Notes: generated from the letters alone by a model not told the origin. DNA of 64,000 bases from Octopus sinensis (GCF_006345805.1 NC_042999.1:88412001-88476000), one strand, 5' to 3'. Positions 22,860-37,041 are shown, counted from the first letter of the stretch. Program-made: numbers and translations.

Positions 22860-23095
22860 CCTGTGGAAGATGACGTATGATCATTCTACTTATGCCGAAC
22901 GATCTGTACAAATGAGTTGTGATGAAATGTTCGTGCCACACACTAGCTCACTCTCTCCATCAAATCGACGTTGTCTGATCAGATGCTCGGTGTGCCATGC
23001 GTCATATGAGTGCAGAACATCTAGAGATGAAGTGTTTTGCTCAAGAACACAACGCGCCATCCGATCTAGGAATTGAAATCACGATCTAGTGTCAC
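22860..23095 (-). mobile_element. CORE-like SINE copy
   Basis: Minus strand gcgttgtgttcttgagcaaaacacttcatc. Confidence 0.6.
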
Positions 23096-24079
23096 GTCCC
23101 TCGATTTCGACGTATGAGTGTTTGAATGAAAAGATTGAAAAAAAAAAACAAAAAAAAACAGCTGTATCTGTTTGTGGTGGATGCGTGAATGTAATTTGTG
23201 TTGAGGTATGGATTTTGCAATGAAGCCACAATGGAGACAATGATAATTTTGATTTGCCTGGAATTGGACAAATGTGTTTATTGATTGCAGGATATAGCTC
23301 TTTTGTTGTTCTGTTTCTTCAACTCAAATTGTTTAGATGCATCATGACACATTTTACACCACTCAGATCCATCTAGACAATAACTTTCCCGAGATGTTAT
23401 GCTAAGCTGTAGGGATTCCAGTGAATGTTTCAAATTATCCTTATACATTAGCAGAGGTCTTCCTTTACTGCAGAATATCCCTCTACTTGTTGGCCATACA
23501 AAAGAATTTTCGAAATGCGATCATCTTTCATTCAAGCATGTCCTGCCCATTTGCACTGAATTCTTAACAGCTTGTTTTCGATACTGGGATATCACATTAT
23601 TCTAAAACAATAACAATGATAATCTAATATGTAGTAAGTAGTAGTAGTAGTAGTAGTAGTAGTTTCATAGGCAAAAGGTGAAGTAACATGACTAGAAAAA
23701 ATTGAAGTTTGAGTACAGAATGGCTTGAAGTCTTCACTCTGGTGCCATGGCTTTGAGTTTAATCATTTCTGGTTCGATAAATACAATTATTACCAGTCCA
23801 GTATTAATTCTTGTTTCCTCTCTCTCTCCCCCTTTCTCCCCCCCTCTCTCTCTCTCCCCCTTTCTCCCCCCTCTCTCTCTCTCTCTTTCTCCCCACCACT
23901 CTCTCTCTCTAAGGAAAAAGTCGACTGTATTCAAACATGGAAATAACAGCGTCTCTACAACTCCACTTCATATTTCCCATTGTCATTCATATATCATAGA
24001 AGTGAGTAGAATAGAGGTTTCGAGTTACGGAATTCTATACTATCGAGAAGATTTTCAGAAACAACGTTTTAAATAATGT

Positions 24080-24560
24080 GTAGGGGAGGGGTTTGACGGA
24101 TGCCTGAAATTAAAGAGAAATAACTGAAATATGGTATTAATGGATATAGACAAAGTGACGACGTATGGCTTTATAAACGATAATGATAAATAAGTAATAG
24201 AAACGAGGCACGAATCAATCAATAAATATCTGGTTAAAGATTAGATTATTTATAGAGCTTAGGTCCCAATGTAGATGATTAGTCTGACAGGGATGAAAAC
24301 TAGGTGGATAAAACAGTAATAAGCTATTAGTTAGACGTAGTTCGACGTATTTAACTGAAGTTTAAGAGTGTAATGAGAGAAGCGAAGAGCATTACAGGAA
24401 GGTGATGAAATTAGTCAGGAGAGGTGTGAAGTGACTGCTGTGTAAGGAAAGTAATGTTCTAATATTTTACTCGGAGAGATAAGTAGTGTAGGTGGATTTT
24501 TATTGTAATAAAGATGAAAATGTGCCAACTGTTTATGTAAGAAAGAACATGGGGAAGTTG
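24080..24560 (-). mobile_element. Possible decayed L2/CR1-group LINE 3' end
   Basis: Composition and weak peptide resemblance only. Confidence 0.25.
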
Positions 24561-24743
24561 CTAAGACGGTGGTCAAGATTAGAAATAGGTAGGTTGGTAG
24601 GTAGGTAGGTTAATTCTTATTTTGGCAGGTGAATTGATTCTAATTTTAATGTATGTAACTAAATGGAGAAGATGGATGAGGTTAGGAGTAGAACATTTTT
24701 ATTCTAGTGCAGTGAGAAAGGAGAAAAAGTTACTATACATATA

Positions 24744-25288
24744 GGCGCAGGCATGGCTGTGTGGTAAGAAGTTTGCTTCTCAACCACATGGTTCCAGGTT
24801 CAGGCCTATTGTGTGGTACCTTGAGCAGATGTCTTCTACTCAGGCCGACTAAAGCTTTGTGAGTGGATTTTGTAGAAAGAAACTGAAAGAAACCCGCCAT
24901 ATATATATATATTCAGTTGAATAGAGTACTTAAGTTATAGGTACCAGAATTTAGTATGTTATTATCCATATAATTCAGAATGGGGTGATTATAATCAAAA
25001 TAAGCAACAAGGATATCTGCATTACCTCTGGATATCCTTGTTGCTTATTTTGATTATATATATACACATGTATGTGTGTGTATTCATGCCTGTCCCTTAT
25101 TACCGTTTGGCAACCGGTGTTAGTGTGTTTACGTCCTCATAACTTAGCGATTTGGCAAAACAGACCCATAAAATAAGTGCCAGGCTTAAAAACAAATACA
25201 AAACAATAATTGGTTCGACTAAAATTCTTCAAGTCGGTACCCTAGCTTGGCCGCAGTGAAATGACTGAGATAAGTAAAAGATAAAGAT
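24744..25288 (+). mobile_element. Bipartite SINE (family D) with an insertion in its central (TA)n
   Basis: ggcatggctgtgtggtaag..ggttccaggttcagg head, accttgagcagatgtcttctact, gtgagtggattttgtag; second half gcaaccggtgttagtgtgtttacgtcc..aaatgactgag. Confidence 0.8.
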
Positions 25289-25638
25289 ATATGTTGCAAA
25301 GAGAAGACAGTGAACTGGCAGAAACAATGATGTTGAATAGGATACTTTGCAACTTTTATTTCGATTCTCTTCATTTATTTTCAAACGCTGCTGTGGGTCA
25401 ATTTTCTCTTTCATTCTTTCAGAGTCGACAAAAAAAAAGTACTTATTTGCGGCGGTGAATTGTTTGGGTTTCGCATAGGATGCCATGCGATATTCGTTCC
25501 CATTTATTACATCCTGAGCTGAAATCCCGTTCCGTCACCGAAAAACTTTATGAAGTCCGTCGGGAGTTGCGACCGCTAGGAAGTATCAGAAAATTGGAAA
25601 ACTAACGGAAACATAAATTCCGTGGTTCGAGCGGGCTA

Positions 25639-26915
25639 CGAGGTGGTATCAAAATGTTTCCAGACTAGTTATATTTAATAAAAAGTAACTTATTCACCTA
25701 AGTTTTAACATCAACTTCGAAATTGTCACCTTGCGCAGCAATACACCGGTTCCAGTGTTCCCTCCACATTTAGAATCTGGCCTCAAATTCGTTTTCCGTA
25801 AGCGAATCGAGGAGTTTCTGCAATTCGCTCTGGATCGTGACAACGGTGTTAAAACGACGACCTTTGAGCTGTATTTTCATTGTGAAGAAGAGTTAAATCT
25901 CGCGAATAAGGTGGGTACGGAAGCGATAGTATGTTGTTTTTGGCGAGAAACTTACGAGTGAGGAAAGCTCGGTGGCAGGGTGCATTGTCGTCGTGAAGAA
26001 TCCAATTCTTCACGCTCCACAGATCCGGTAGCTTTCACCTAGTATCCTCCTCAAATGCTTCAAACATCGCTGTAGAACTCTCGATTGACGGTCTGGTTCT
26101 GGGGGACGAATTCTCGATGCACACTAACGCGGACGTCAAAAAAGACGATAAACATGCTTTTGATTGAGCTGCGGCTTTGTCGTGGCTTCTTCAGTCGTAG
26201 AGATGAAGGCTTCCTCCATTGCGGTGACTGCTGCTTCATCTCAGGGTCATGCACGTAAACATAGTTCTCTTCACCGGTGATGGTCTTCGACATGAAGGAT
26301 GGATCATCAGCGGCACGCTAATGAATATTTTGACAAACTTCGACCCGAAGTTTTTTCTGCTCAGTGGTCAGCATGCGAGGGACAGAAATACGCCGCGTGT
26401 TCAATTCAGACGTTAGGATTGCCTGTATGAACCCATACGACAGCAATGTCGTTGATTGTCCTCCGACGATCTTCATGCAAAAGCTGAATTTTCTCCCCAT
26501 TTCCGGGGGTGACGTTCGTGGCAGGTCTTCCAAATCGCTCATCGACTTCCAGGGACGTTCTTCCGTGTTTGAAGCGCCCATGCTAATCGAAACATTGCGT
26601 ATGACCCATTGCCATGTCGCCGTAAGCTTATGAAGCGAAGCATGCTCTTTGTCTATGTAGCAGACTTCCCAAGTTTAACGCAAAATTTCACTTCGGGCTC
26701 TTTGCTCAAACTTTCTGTCCATGACAAAATCGCAGACTGTAGCATACACGTGATAACAAAAACACAAATTTCACAACTTGCAAAGTAAGTACAGTGATGT
26801 CACTCGCACACTGCCTCATAAAGATCACTGCTGGCGCTCACTACACACGCAACTGTGTGCTGCTATCTCTTGACGTGCAACAGAACTAGTCCGGGAAGTA
26901 TTTGATACCACCTCG
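25639..26915 (-). mobile_element. mariner DNA transposon, 1277 bp, decayed
   Basis: TIRs TA|cgaggtggtatcaaa..gactagtt at both ends; transposase remnant 26722->25698: MDRKFEQR..VKFCVKLGKSA, ITGEENYVYVHDPEMKQQS, HDDNAPCH, HPPYS, QGDNFE. Confidence 0.93.
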
Positions 26916-28686
26916 TATCAATTACCACCAATATTAGAAGTAAAACTCGATTAACATATGGTGTGAAATGAGGTGTTATAGGTGGAAATTTAGAAATATA
27001 ATTAAAAATTATCAACGTGTGTATTATTAAAAGGGCTAGACGTAATAACATAATTCTAATTAGATTATTTTTACAACATAAAAAATAGCTATGGTGAGAG
27101 GATTTAGGGTCATGGTCAGGTAATATTTTCAGGCTTTTATATTCACATAGAAAACGCTTACTCTTCCCTACTCTGATTAATTTCTTTATTTTGGATTTAT
27201 ATTTGTGTAATAGTTCACACGCTTAGAGAATTACTAATAGAATTAAATTTGAGGCAGGTTATATTTTGGGCAATATTGACCTACCTTCACTAAGCACAAT
27301 GCTAAGTGAGTACATTCATATGAATAGAACTCAGTACAGTATTGGTACTTATTGTTATCAACTAAGCATATGTTTTGTCAATCTGTCTAATAGGAGTTGG
27401 AAAAGTATCATTACATTATAGTATGCATAAAGTACCCAATTCAAAGTAAAGTGTACAAAACCAAGTCGCTTCGATTTATGTTTTTGTGGGGAGGAAAGAT
27501 AATTACTATATAACAGTTGGACTCGACCCCACGTTTCACTGCAAGGAAATTACAAGTTGTTATGTGTGCAAACACCTTTTCTGTCCAATCAACGGCCTTT
27601 GATCACGTGCTAGTCTCACGGTATGACTAGGACTTTCTGTTAACAGAGCCAACAAATACAGCTCCTTTCAGCGCGAAAAGGGCCGAATGGATTTAGTCCT
27701 TGATAGAGTTCGCTCTGGACTCATATCTGTTCTCACGGCTACATGCTCAACCCGGTGCGATATAGCTGAAGAAACAAACTGTGGAAACACAGCAACAAGA
27801 GTAAGCATTGATGTGTAAAAATTAGTCTAAATGTTGAATTTCTGGTGAAGATCGTCTGCGCTTGTAATATACTCTGTTTCATATAAAACTTACTCTTCTT
27901 GTATTACATTAACACATTCTGTATTAATGTAGCAATAAATAATACCTATACACTTACATACCTTTCTTCATGACCACGCTACAACTGTAATAGTTAATTC
28001 TGGCAAAAAGGCAAGGAAAACAAGGGAAAGAATTTGGGAAAATAAATAAATTAAAATGAATTAAATTAAAGTCTGATTTTTTGTAGTAGTACAGTAGTAA
28101 TTTTAGGCACCTTGGAGGATTTTCTAAACGTTGATGGAAGATCTTAAAGTACCTAGGTAGCGAGGCTGTTGGATTCCAGTTAATAAACATTTTGTGGTGT
28201 GATAGATTAAATAAATAGCTGTGGAAAACTAACTAGGCATGCTTGCTTTACGTAAAAATCCTGGTAAAGTCGGCGCTAACATGCGTAGTGCATATTCTCT
28301 AGTTTAACTACCTCTTAATATCTTCGCGTGTGGAAACAATACCTAAGTTGTGGACACAATAGCTAACTTGCTAGAGAGACAGACAGATAAATAGTTGAGA
28401 GTATGGACAAGGTGCCAGACAAGTTTTTTTGGGAGGCGATGTTTCCTGTCTTTTTAATAATACATATCTGACCAAGACCATTATTTCTCTCTGCTTCACT
28501 TTACTTAGAGCAGTCTAGGTAAGTGGAAAAGATTTGTCTCATCCACATCATTATAGAAAGCAGAAGTAAGTACTGGTCCTATGAATTTCAACGTTTAACA
28601 AAGCATTGTAGGAGTCTATTGGAATGATAGTGAAATATGGTGTCACTGGTTACTAATCTTTAAACAATATAGTGAGTTATATATAT

Positions 28687-28790
<104 letters not shown>

Positions 28791-28806
28791 CATTTGAAGC
28801 TCACTC

Positions 28807-28865
<59 letters not shown>

Positions 28866-28869
<4 letters not shown>

Positions 28870-29119
28870 TTTTATTTGGTTTGCAAGATTCTTAATGTGA
28901 ATTCGTGTGCTGAAGCATATTTTATTGTTTTTGGGGAGATTCATTCTCTTTTAGTGCCTTATTACTTTAACACATTCACCGGTCTAATTTCCACTCATTT
29001 ACTTATTTATTTTATTAAAATTTTCGTAAAAATAAATAAGTAAATGAGAGGAAATCAGACCGGTGAGTGTATTAAATTAATAAGGCACTAAAAGAATGAC
29101 TCTCTGCAGACACAATAAT

Positions 29120-29120
<1 letters not shown>
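28866..29120. repeat. Palindromic arrangement of an interspersed repeat
   Basis: Arms ~28921-29013 and ~29028-29120 are imperfect reverse complements; flanked by microsatellites. Confidence 0.8.
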
Positions 29121-29151
<31 letters not shown>

Positions 29152-31896
29152 GTTACTGTGTATATCATAGTATATATTATTGTATATTATACAATGTCTG
29201 TTGTTGATAATTTAATACTGGTTTACCAGAGTATTCCGCTATATTGAAGATAAACTCCATTTGAGCTGGAATTTATATAATTAATAATTTGACTTGGAAG
29301 AAAGTCAATTTTTCTATGTGAGACGTATAATACCGGCTGTTTAGTTTATCGATTTTTTCACTACGACATGATTTGAACTCAAAACGTCGATAATTAAACT
29401 AAATATTGATTTATTTAAGCACAAGGCACATGGACGAACCGAATAGCCATTAGTGTTATAAAATCACCGAAGGCTGAGCTTTCAGATTTGCTCATACCAA
29501 ATTTTTTAGCCGTAACATTTATTGATTTCTTTTTCGTGGTCTTTATTTAATAAAATTTTGGTCTCGTGAAAAAAGACTGCGAGTGAAAGGTATCAACCGT
29601 CTCAACCAACCATGGAAACAAAATACCAGAAGACATTTAATCCGACAATTCACCACTTCTAGCAACAGTCCACTCTCGAATTCTCGCAATTAATAAATAA
29701 AGCTAATCTCTGAGTAGATGAAGAGAACAAAATAACACCAACGGCAACAACAACATAATTTATTAATTTCATAACAAACAGCATTAGAACAAGTAAATAG
29801 GAAAAAAAATATTAGACAGAAAGCAGCAAATGAAGCAAAGTTCTCCTAACCTATTGCAGAATGACAACTAATTGACTTTCTTTTGTTGAATGTTCAACTT
29901 TCAAATTCGTTCAATAGTATTCTAAAAGAATTGATACAATGGACGAACGAAGAAAAAAAATAATAGCCTTCCATTTTCAATGTTGATCAATCAATATCTC
30001 AACTTTTGAAGTTGATGCAAGAATTATTATGTAAAACAAGAAACAAAACATTAAGCAACTCAATCAAACTTAAAGCAGACTTTAAGGAAATGAACATAAA
30101 GTGAAGCATTGAACTTCGCTTGTTTCAATTAATATACATAAATATTCTCAGACTGAGTGCATTGCATGAAGCAGCATCACGTGCAGCTGCATTTATGCAA
30201 TCTATGCTTCGCATTCTTCATACAATGTTTGTGTTATCCTTATTCAAATAATAGATTGCTTAGATTTTCTTTCTTCCTTTCTTATATTCTGAAATATTCT
30301 GTCATAAGCGAAAGTATCAAGATTCCTTTGTGTTATTGAACATTTACCTTCGCTCTTTGTTTCCATTCTTGTGATTTCTTAAACTCTCTGATATGAAGTT
30401 ATCGTTGGTTACTGTTATAATAAGGTTATCACTGTCATCTTCAGCTGCCATGAAGCTTTACTTCTCATCTAGCATGTCATAGATTGACGAATATGTTGTT
30501 GTTACTATTGTTGCTGTGGTTGTTGTTGCTGCTGCTATTGTTGTTTCCGTATAGCACAAGGCATAACCTGATCCAGAGGTTCTATGGTATATATGTAAAC
30601 AATCTGATAACTAAGCACCTCATATAAACCACACCTCTGCCTCGTTGAGGGTCTATACTGTACATTCAGACTGAAGTGGTTTACTGTGAAGGGAAAAGTA
30701 AGAAAGTTGGGACATGTTGCTTATTTTTCTCACTGTTCTTGTGCATCTATAGGATTTGGTGGCAACCCCATCTGAACCAGACAAGGCAGAAAGGATCAAA
30801 ACATAACCACAGTTTAGTTTCTCTTCTTCCTTAAGCAATAGTATGTCCCAGAATGATGTTTGAGAAACTAAGATTTATGATGCTGCTGTTATATACGTTT
30901 ATGTTTTTTTCTTTCCTATTCGTCTTGGGAGAGGAATAATGTACCTTAATGTAGTTTTGTAATTGTTATTATCATTTAGCCTCAACCCAGGTAAAGATCG
31001 AACCGACCCTGAGCAATGGTAATCCAGTCTTTAATTAAAATTGTGTCGAAGTTTACACTATCCAATGTGTCTTACATTTTTTATGCAAAATGGTGTGATC
31101 TGAGAGGCGTTTTGTTGCTCATTCTCGTAGGTTGGGCGACCACATCGTGGAAGTACTGTCATGTCTTGTTTTTTGGAGCCGATTCTGCATGAAGGAGCAA
31201 GGTCTCAGTTAACTGGATCTTACTGTGGTCATACAGTGCATTCTTCTCATACCCAAGTGTCCTTTTAGGTTTTTAATGTATTCTCATTTTTATATTGTTT
31301 ATCTTTCCTTTGATTTTTTTTTTGCTTAGTCATCCTGAAAGGCTATTTTGTCATATTTTACATTAAATTTCAAGTGCAGCTAACACTTTGATCTGTTTCT
31401 AAATTTTGAATTTGAAGTTCACTAAGAAGTTTAATGTGCCGCACAAGCGATAATATGAGAGAATCTTGGTAAGAAAGGAAGAACGTCAGGAAATGATAAT
31501 GCTTTATCGCTTTAATATGTAGAGAGAGCTATTAAAGATTTACCGAAATCTTTCTTGAACGTATATAGTTGCCAATATCTCTCTATATATAATAATGTTA
31601 TTGAAATACACTGCATATTCCAAATCTTTAGTCGCTATTTAAATTTGTGGGGCTTGTTTTCTTTAGCAAATGTTTTAATACGTTTGACTATCCCATTGCT
31701 TAGTTCTAATTTGTTGTGACCAACATTTCGCAAGTCAGATTTGTTAGCTGTTTACTTTAGATATGTTTAACTGTATACTTTGATTTGCGTAAAATATATA
31801 TATATTCATCAAAGCTACAGCTAGTCTAAATGACATGACTGGTCAATTGATTGGCACAGCATTTTCACCATGGTCAAACAAATTATCTCTGTTTTA

Positions 31897-32691
31897 GGAT
31901 CTTTTCTGTTTGGTTGCCAGCGGCTCTTAAAATTAAAAATTACCGAAAATTTTATAATTTGGCACAATAATACAATTGCGCAAACTGAATTGCTGGAGTT
32001 ATTTAATTTTTTCCAGAAAAATATTTTTACAAAGTTAAAGAGGTTTAAAGTTTGATCATTTTCAACCAATCAGGAAACAGGATTTGAAAGCTGTCATTTT
32101 GTGCGTGGCTGCACATTTTGTCGTCAACATCTTGAAAATAGCATGTGTTGTCAATATTTATAAACAACACGTGTTATGTCTCCGGCAATTTTCTTTCATG
32201 TAAATAAATGCTTATATTAATTTAAAAGAGAAAAACGGTTAATTTTACATCTCTGAGCAAGATGTTGGCAAATAAACTTTAATTTAAAGATTTATCAAAA
32301 AATCTTATTTAGCTGTTATTTTTAGCACACCTCACAACCACCTCAATGCTCAATGACAAAAAGAAACGAGTAAACAAGACTGCTGCCAACACGTGCTTCC
32401 TCGCAGACTTTTTATAGGCTGTTACTATGGCATTTAGCAAAAGAGTTCCCATATTTCTGCTAGTTATTATCGAAACAGGCATGAATGTGTTTGTGGCTTA
32501 CGATTGGCTAAAATTACCAAACTTTTCAAACTTTAATAACTAATAACTCTTTATTTATTTATTGATTTATATCGAAAATTACTTTCACCTCATTAATTAG
32601 CCTATAAAAGTGTATCATTACACTGAACATGAAATCAATTCGAACAGAAAATTGACGCTGGTACCCGCTGACACCCAAACAGAAAAGATCC
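31897..32691. mobile_element. MITE-like element, 795 bp, 27-bp TIRs
   Basis: ggatcttttctgtttggttgccagcgg / ccgctgacacccaaacagaaaagatcc (2 mismatches); no clear TSD; body homologous to 59785-60150. Confidence 0.7.
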
Positions 32692-33251
32692 CAGTTTTAA
32701 TATGCTTAACTATCACATGAGAGTTGTATTCAGACTGAATGTATTGACAACGCTGTAGAGTCGTACAAAGTTTTATGAATTTAGATTTAGAGTGAACAAT
32801 GAAAATAGACTTCTACATTCCATTGCTTTATCTACAAGAAATCATTGAACTAGACCTCGAGCTATTTTAAGCTTCCACTGACGCCTCCCACCACCAACAT
32901 TTTTATTAACTGGCCATCTCTACCAACTAGCAACAATCAGAAGGACACGAAATACAGAAGTATGTGATTTTTACAAGAAAAATATGTGGAATGCCAAAAC
33001 TGATATTATGGAAGTTCAATTTAATTCATTTCAACTTTTTACCATTTTATTCAAGCCGAAACAGATCAGCTTAAACGACCGAATTGGCAGCTGCTTAGTG
33101 AAAAAAACGCATATTGGCGATCTATTTTCCGTGATAAAGTTCACAAGCATTTTCTTCTTATCTTTTCAATGTCTATTTACTCATGTGTAACCTCTTAACC
33201 TTTCAAATACACACACACACATACACACTCACACACACACGCACGCACGCA

Positions 33252-33575
33252 AGTGAAGACACGTGGCTAAGTGATTAGGTTAATCGACTCCCAGTTGTAA
33301 GGTCGTGAGTTTGATTCCTAGTGGTACGTTGTCTTCTTGAGCAAGATACTTTATTTCGCATTGCTCCAATCCACTCAGTTGGCAAAATGAGTTATGCTTG
33401 TAATTCAAAGGGCCAGCTTTGTCACATTCCTTGTCACACTGAATTTCCCTGAGATCTAAATTACGGTATGCGTGTCTGTGGAAAACTCAGTCACTTGCAC
33501 GCGAATTTTACGAACAGGCTGTTCGTTGATCGGATCAACTGGAACCCTCATCATCGTAACCGACAGAATGCTTGC
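33252..33575 (+). mobile_element. CORE-like SINE with a different tail (family C)
   Basis: tRNA head, cttgagcaagatactttatttcgcattgctcc, tail ttcaaagggccagc..gatcggatcaactggaaccc + (CA)n. Confidence 0.8.
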
Positions 33576-34816
33576 TCACACACACACAAACAAACACAAA
33601 CACACACATATACACACATACGTGTATGTGTGTGTTTCGTTTTGTGCTTGTCATATCAAAAATGTTCCCTATGAAACTATTTTCAATACTGGAGCTATTT
33701 CAATATACATCAATTTTCAGGCACTTTGAATTGGAACTGAACATTTTCGTTAATAGTATATTTTCATAATCTGAACTGTTCATAGAAATAAGGAAAATCA
33801 TTAAACAGCAACTTGCATGAAATAGCTGATAAATTTGATATTTAGCCATGCTGATTAAAACGCACGAGTCGAAACCTAAATTTCACGATATATTAATAAT
33901 CTAGATTCTGCTTGTAGTTAGGTTTATATTTACATAGGATTCCTGTAAATAATCTTCATATTTGTTTACAATGTTTACGATGTAACATGCTTGGGTTACG
34001 CTGAAGACGCTGGAAACTTTAATAAAGGTCAATAAATCACTTTAGTTCATGTGTTCTGACTACAATTTTTTTAATAAAGAATTCTATACAACAATACACA
34101 ATTTTCAGACAGAAATCTAAATTTTCATTATTGAAGTATGTTATAGAAATAGTTGCTACTCTATTGCCAAGCTATTCAACAAATATTGATTTCATATAAA
34201 TGAGGTACCAGAATACAATTTATAGGAGAAGGACAAGAGATTGTGTTACATCCATGTCTTTACCAGGGACAGATGTAGCGTGGGTAAAATGAATTGCTTC
34301 AGGGAAATGAAATGGAAACCACCTGCAATTTCAGATCACATAACATTAACTTTTTGCTCTCAAGTGCACGCCATTATGCTAAAAATGTTGTTGTCTTGTT
34401 TATAAGTCATAAGGGCACTGTATTTTAAAGGAAAGGTGAATTGACAATTTGTAACGTTTATTATATCTTGCCCAAAGGTCGTTAATCAATAAGTGAAATG
34501 AAGCTTGTCACAAACTCAACTTGGTGTAAAATTACTTGGTCAAAAACTCTCATTACATACACATATACGTACATATATACATGCATATGCAGACGCATGC
34601 ACAGAACAATTAGTTCAAACGAACACTTTCAAAAGTTTCAGAATGAAAATGGATTAATAGCATTATCCATTGAACCGATATTAGGTGAAACTAACAGTCG
34701 TAATGCTATTCATAATTAATCCAGATTTTGAGTATAGTTATTAGTCTTCACATTTTTGTATTGCTCTTATTATCTTTTAGCATGTATATATAAGTGTATA
34801 TGTATGCACATATATA

Positions 34817-34890
<74 letters not shown>

Positions 34891-35879
34891 GTTGATATAT
34901 GTGCGTGACTGCCAGGCTAATGTGGTGCCCATTACTATATGAATGTATTTCAGAAAGAAATTATATTATTGCCTTGGAAGTTTTTTTGAAAACGAACTCT
35001 TTGAGAGTAAGGAACATTATGATTTATCAAATTACTATAGATTGCTTTATGGGAAAGGCATAGGAAATTTCTGGTTACGGAAGGTCACTCTAACATTATT
35101 GCTAATTAAAAAGAAAATAGTGTTCCGTTGAGATTTCCTCTTACCTCTATTGGGATGCCGTTATGGATTTTAAGGATACACCCACGTATGTAGAGCCACG
35201 AACAGATTAATTATGTGCACTTAATCAATATTTTGGTTTGATGTTTCATGATCAATATACTTTCCAGAGTATAAAGGGTACAGAAAGTATTGAACTGTGG
35301 ATAAATTGGTGCTTTATCTAAAGCCGCCATTCAGTATGGAGTATATTGCTCTGTTTCAAAAACCAGATATATGTTGCCAGATCTGTCCAATCTTCGTTTA
35401 ATGTATTAAATGTGTGATTATGTTGGTGAAATCTGCACTTAAACTGGTTTCCAGTCAAACGTGTACGTAATAAAAACTGTTTTGCTTAATGTTGGTTGTG
35501 AAAAAGTTGCATATATAATTCATATTTCCAAGAAGTTTCTATTGAGAGGGCATACCCTCTGTTGCTGGCAATTTAATTTCTGTCTCCTAAAGAGTGCGTT
35601 CTGTTGGTCGGAATTTTATATTTCATTATTATCTTATTAGTATATGTAAAATTGTCGGCAAATTTCATTGGATTTGAATAGCTTGTAACTGAGATTGTTT
35701 AAAACGTTTTCCTGTTCGGGATGGGAGAATTAGAAAACGAAGAAAAGTGTCCATTCATTAATCGAATGTTTTGGGTTATTCCAGGCGATCATTTTATTAC
35801 ACTTTTTTCTGTTATGTCTCGTATGTTTATGATATTTTATAATTCATTCGAAATTATTAGATGTCAATGTTCTGTTGCA

Positions 35880-36010
35880 TATATTTGGTATCCTGCTGAA
35901 TAAAGTTTCGCCTTGAGGTTGTCGAGTTTTGTCTTCTGGCGGAAACAAGAGCATGGTGGCTGCGGGGAAGGTACCACCCTCAAGAAAAGAAGTGCGCCCT
36001 TCTAAATAAT
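35880..36010 (+). other. Possible pogo-like Brinker-HTH transposase remnant
   Basis: KFRLEVVEFCLL..GNKSMVAA (frameshifted) resembles FKLxVVEFA..GNRAAA; short and weak. Confidence 0.3.
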
Positions 36011-36855
36011 GATATTACGCCCTTTTATCCTGGAATTGTATTCCCTTCTGGCCCTGTGACATCCCTTCGAAAATCTCCTGGAACCACGCCTGAAACGGAT
36101 GGTCAGGTTTCTAAGAATCTAAGCTGAATGATCGCAGTTTATTATCTAAATATAAGAAATTAATTCTTTGTACGGTTGGAAGTCTTGAGCATTAAAGTTG
36201 AATGCCAACTATAAGGAATTGATTATTTTGTAGTTTAAACATTTTTTTGTAATCTTGAAGTTCAGGTAGTTATAAATTTTGGCTAATGTCTATCCTGTCT
36301 GACATTATCTCCTTCCTGTCCATCGATTGATGGTGTGTATGAAAGAGAAATTCTGCTCGATTGTCTTGGCTAGTTTTTGGCTTTCTTATATATATAGAAA
36401 TCAAAATATTTGTGCTTATTTTGTGTGAGCATATATGACTGCAACCACGTAAATAGTGAATTTGTATTTTTCTTTAGAAGTTGAAATTTTAAAAATCGTC
36501 ACTCCACATTTTTTGTGAACCATTTTCAGAAAATAAAAGTAGTATTTATTAAAAATCGATACTTATGCTACTTTTCAGAGCATTATATACATGCTGGTTT
36601 AGTTACTTTTGCATTATATGTTAGTTCCACATAAATATGGCACATCAGTCTATGTGGTGTAATGTCTATTAGGATCCTTCATTACTAATTACACCCTTTC
36701 AATATTAATTCTTATAAGGAACGAAATTAACCATTGTGTTTCAGTGGTAGTTCGTTGGTGTAGTGTTACATATGTTTTCGTGAGTTGCTTTAGTTGCAGA
36801 GAAGAAAGCATTACTATTGAAAAACGGAATAACCAGCTATAAACCAAACTTTTCA

Positions 36856-36886
<31 letters not shown>

Positions 36887-36993
36887 AGGTATTGGTTGGA
36901 TTTCTTTAGTCCCTTTTTATCACCATATATATATATGTATGCATGTATATATATTCATACATACGCTAATACATATTTATATACATGCACACG

Positions 36994-37041
<48 letters not shown>

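Noticed and set aside
34001-34030. CTGAAGA-cgctg-GAAAC..GGTC hammerhead-like string
   Set aside because: Stem II would be 1 bp and stem I does not pair; most likely chance
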